NCBI GenBank assembly: GCA_000708835.1
Contig: DF236977.1
Location: forward strand, 1 to 64,000
DNA: 64,000 nt
Reading direction: 5' to 3'
Source of the DNA: Klebsormidium nitens
Taxonomy: Eukaryota > Plantae > Klebsormidiophyceae
Part shown: one piece after another, positions 62,066 to 64,000 of the stretch
Layout of the letters: every line of letters begins with the position of its first letter
Numbering within the stretch: position 1 is the stretch's first letter
Position numbers and translations under genes: made by a program
The notes under the pieces: generated by a model
Told to the model about the DNA's origin: nothing
The model's database searches: none
The model's input: the letters and a program-made list of their open reading frames with translations, nothing else

Positions 62066-64000
62066 ATGGCAAAGCGTGAAGCGCCTGCCGAAGCACCGCC
62101 CGAGATTGTGGTGAGTTTCTTCTCGCAATTTAGCAGGACCAAGAGCTGGCCACAAATGCATGCACTCCCATGTGCCTTGACTGCTTCCTTTCAATCTGAA
62201 ATTTTCTGCAAGACAACAGGTCTCTTGTCATCGATGCCTTAATATAAGTCTCATAGACACCCACGGATGCGCTGACCGTCTACAAAGACCTTGACATCCT
62301 TGTTTCAACACTTTCTCACTTCTTCATGAAGGTATTAAGCCATAATTGGGAATGTTAGTAAGGCAGTCAGGCATCGCTCAAAAGTTAAAAGAGAATGCTA
62401 CCTGTTTGACACTGCAGCAAAAACATGAAATGTACTTGTGTTTGGCATCTTTAGCTTGCTTATGTTGGGAGCTTTTGCATATTCCCATTACTCTGCTTGG
62501 TAGAATGATAAGTAGATTGGTGCGCACAGGGCTGTTAACTGGGAATTTTCTAGCTAGAGAACTTGAAGTCATTGAAGTCGAAACTTGGTAGTCATATCCA
62601 TTGAAAAATGGCTTCAGAAAATCAATGTGTTCCCTCCCTTCTGGATACTAGGAAAAGGATCCAACCCGTCGACAGTTCTACCCTCTTCTACCACTTTCCA
62701 GTTCAATTCACAATCTTATAAGCTGCACCTGGTCAAACTCTGTCCAACACAATGCCACGCATAGTTTTCGCTTCACAGACACCCGTGACAATGACATCCT
62801 TTACGTCTATATTTGACTGTGTTTGTGTCAATACCTTCAGCAGCAAAGATGATAGATTCTCGCTCCTCATCTACTCATGTTTTCTGTGCAGGCCTCTACA
62901 AGCAGAGATGTGGAGGCTGCGGGACCAGCCCCGCTCCCTGATGACGCGATTCGCCTCCCGGAGAGTTTGCCTGGTTGGAAGTATGATGGAATCCTCTACT
63001 TCTCACGGCTACTCAGCTTTGTCACGGCCACAGCGGCTGTCATTTGCGCCGTGATCCACGGGCTGGCAGCATACCGCAGTTTCAAGTACCATGGAGATGT
63101 GAGCACATGTCTGGGAAACTGTTGCTGGGGCCGACCTGATTGATGACTGAGGGGATGCCCAACGGTCTGCTGGGGAGTCTCGATGCCTTTCAGAACTCCT
63201 TTTCTCAGGTTTCTTCTTCTGAAACAATCAGTTCCTGTGCTTTCCGGTGGCTTCAGAAATAGCACCCGAACTGAGTTGAGGTTTATCTTTAAGATCGAGC
63301 GAGTACTGTAGCATTGCTTCGAGAATCCAGGAGTAAAGAGTGAGTTGAGGTGTCTTCAGAAGGGTCTGGAATCCACTCGAGCTTGATCGGAGTTGACCGC
63401 TGGTCCCAAAAGCATTCGGTTGACTTTAATTGGTTCTGCTTGTGAAGCTGCATCACTCAAGTCTTCTCTTGCATAGGTTGTTCAGATCTTGTTCAATCAA
63501 TTCCCATTCCTCTTCTTCCACATTTAAGTCATGCAGAACCTGAGTGCGATCAACGATATGTTGAACCAAGCTCATGATCCGCAAAGCTTCTGCTTGCACT
63601 GGAGAAAAGTCTCTATCCCTGCAGGTGTTTCTTGGTATACTGCGGATATATGCTGTCCTGATATCGGTCTGGACGGCATTAGCAGAGACGGAGTGGGAGT
63701 TTGTCTTCAGGTCGTTCTCAGTCCTCCAATACTGGATCGCCCGCGGTGTGCTCCAGATCTTGTAAGGCGCCTTTCCTTCTTCTCGAGGTCTGTTATGCTT
63801 GTTGAGTTTTGGACAAAGCTGGGCAGATATACAGAATTCTCTGGTGTCCCAGTCCGTTCCCATTCGATAGAGTTCTCTCGGAACAAAGTCGGAACCAGGC
63901 CTGATAGCAAATATTGCTTTGCGAATATCGGGACCGGCCTGAATTCACCGCTCACCGTGCCTGCCTGTCATTCCCCAATTGCCCGCGGACGTCCATGTAC
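62066..64000 (+). CDS. Golgi membrane protein TVP15 / COPI-associated family, 3'-partial
   Basis: Exons 62066-62110, 62891-63099 and 63625-63761 splice in frame. They encode YFSRLLSFVTATAAVICAVIHGL and VFLGILRIYAVLISVWTALAETEWEFVFRSFSVLQYWIARGVLQI. No stop is reached in the window. Confidence 0.75.

Noticed and set aside
61982-62309. ATATCCTTT resembling a U12 AT-AC donor, with CCTTGAC...AC downstream
   Set aside because: Such an intron would delete the well-supported TVP15 start exon (62066-62110) and no upstream coding exon fits, so it is probably chance.
1-64000. CRISPR arrays, rRNA/tRNA genes, operon-like or biosynthetic clustering (LOX with PMK)
   Set aside because: No regularly spaced repeats or RNA-gene signatures were seen. 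The genes are functionally unrelated and about 37 kb apart.

Overview
Intron-rich eukaryotic nuclear DNA with GC-rich exons, GT-AG introns and streptophyte-type genes. It is most likely a charophyte alga such as Klebsormidium (inference, not tested). Positions 1-2.8 kb are a transposon cluster: the 3' end of a Ty3/gypsy chromovirus with its LTR, a solo LTR with a 4-bp TSD, and a 704-bp TIR element with a 7-bp TSD. Ten protein-coding genes were assembled by hand from splice signals: CNOT10 (+), a plastid-type lipoxygenase with two unusual hydrophobic insertions (+), a probable DSN1/Mis13 kinetochore gene (-), a TauE/SafE sulfite exporter (+), an SMN gene (-), ENH1-like PDZ-rubredoxin (+), an LRR+SEA-like SRF-type pseudokinase receptor with an apparent homopolymer frameshift (-), a small Gly/Tyr-rich membrane protein (+), phosphomevalonate kinase (-) and a partial TVP15/COPI-associated gene (+). 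The most striking observation is the SMN gene. Its Gemin2-binding N-terminus and YG-box C-terminus, both absent from the ORF track as recognisable units, enclose two tandem Nup98-type GLEBS (Rae1/Gle2-binding) motifs. An in-frame alternative donor could remove both motifs. All gene models are manual, and no database searches were run.
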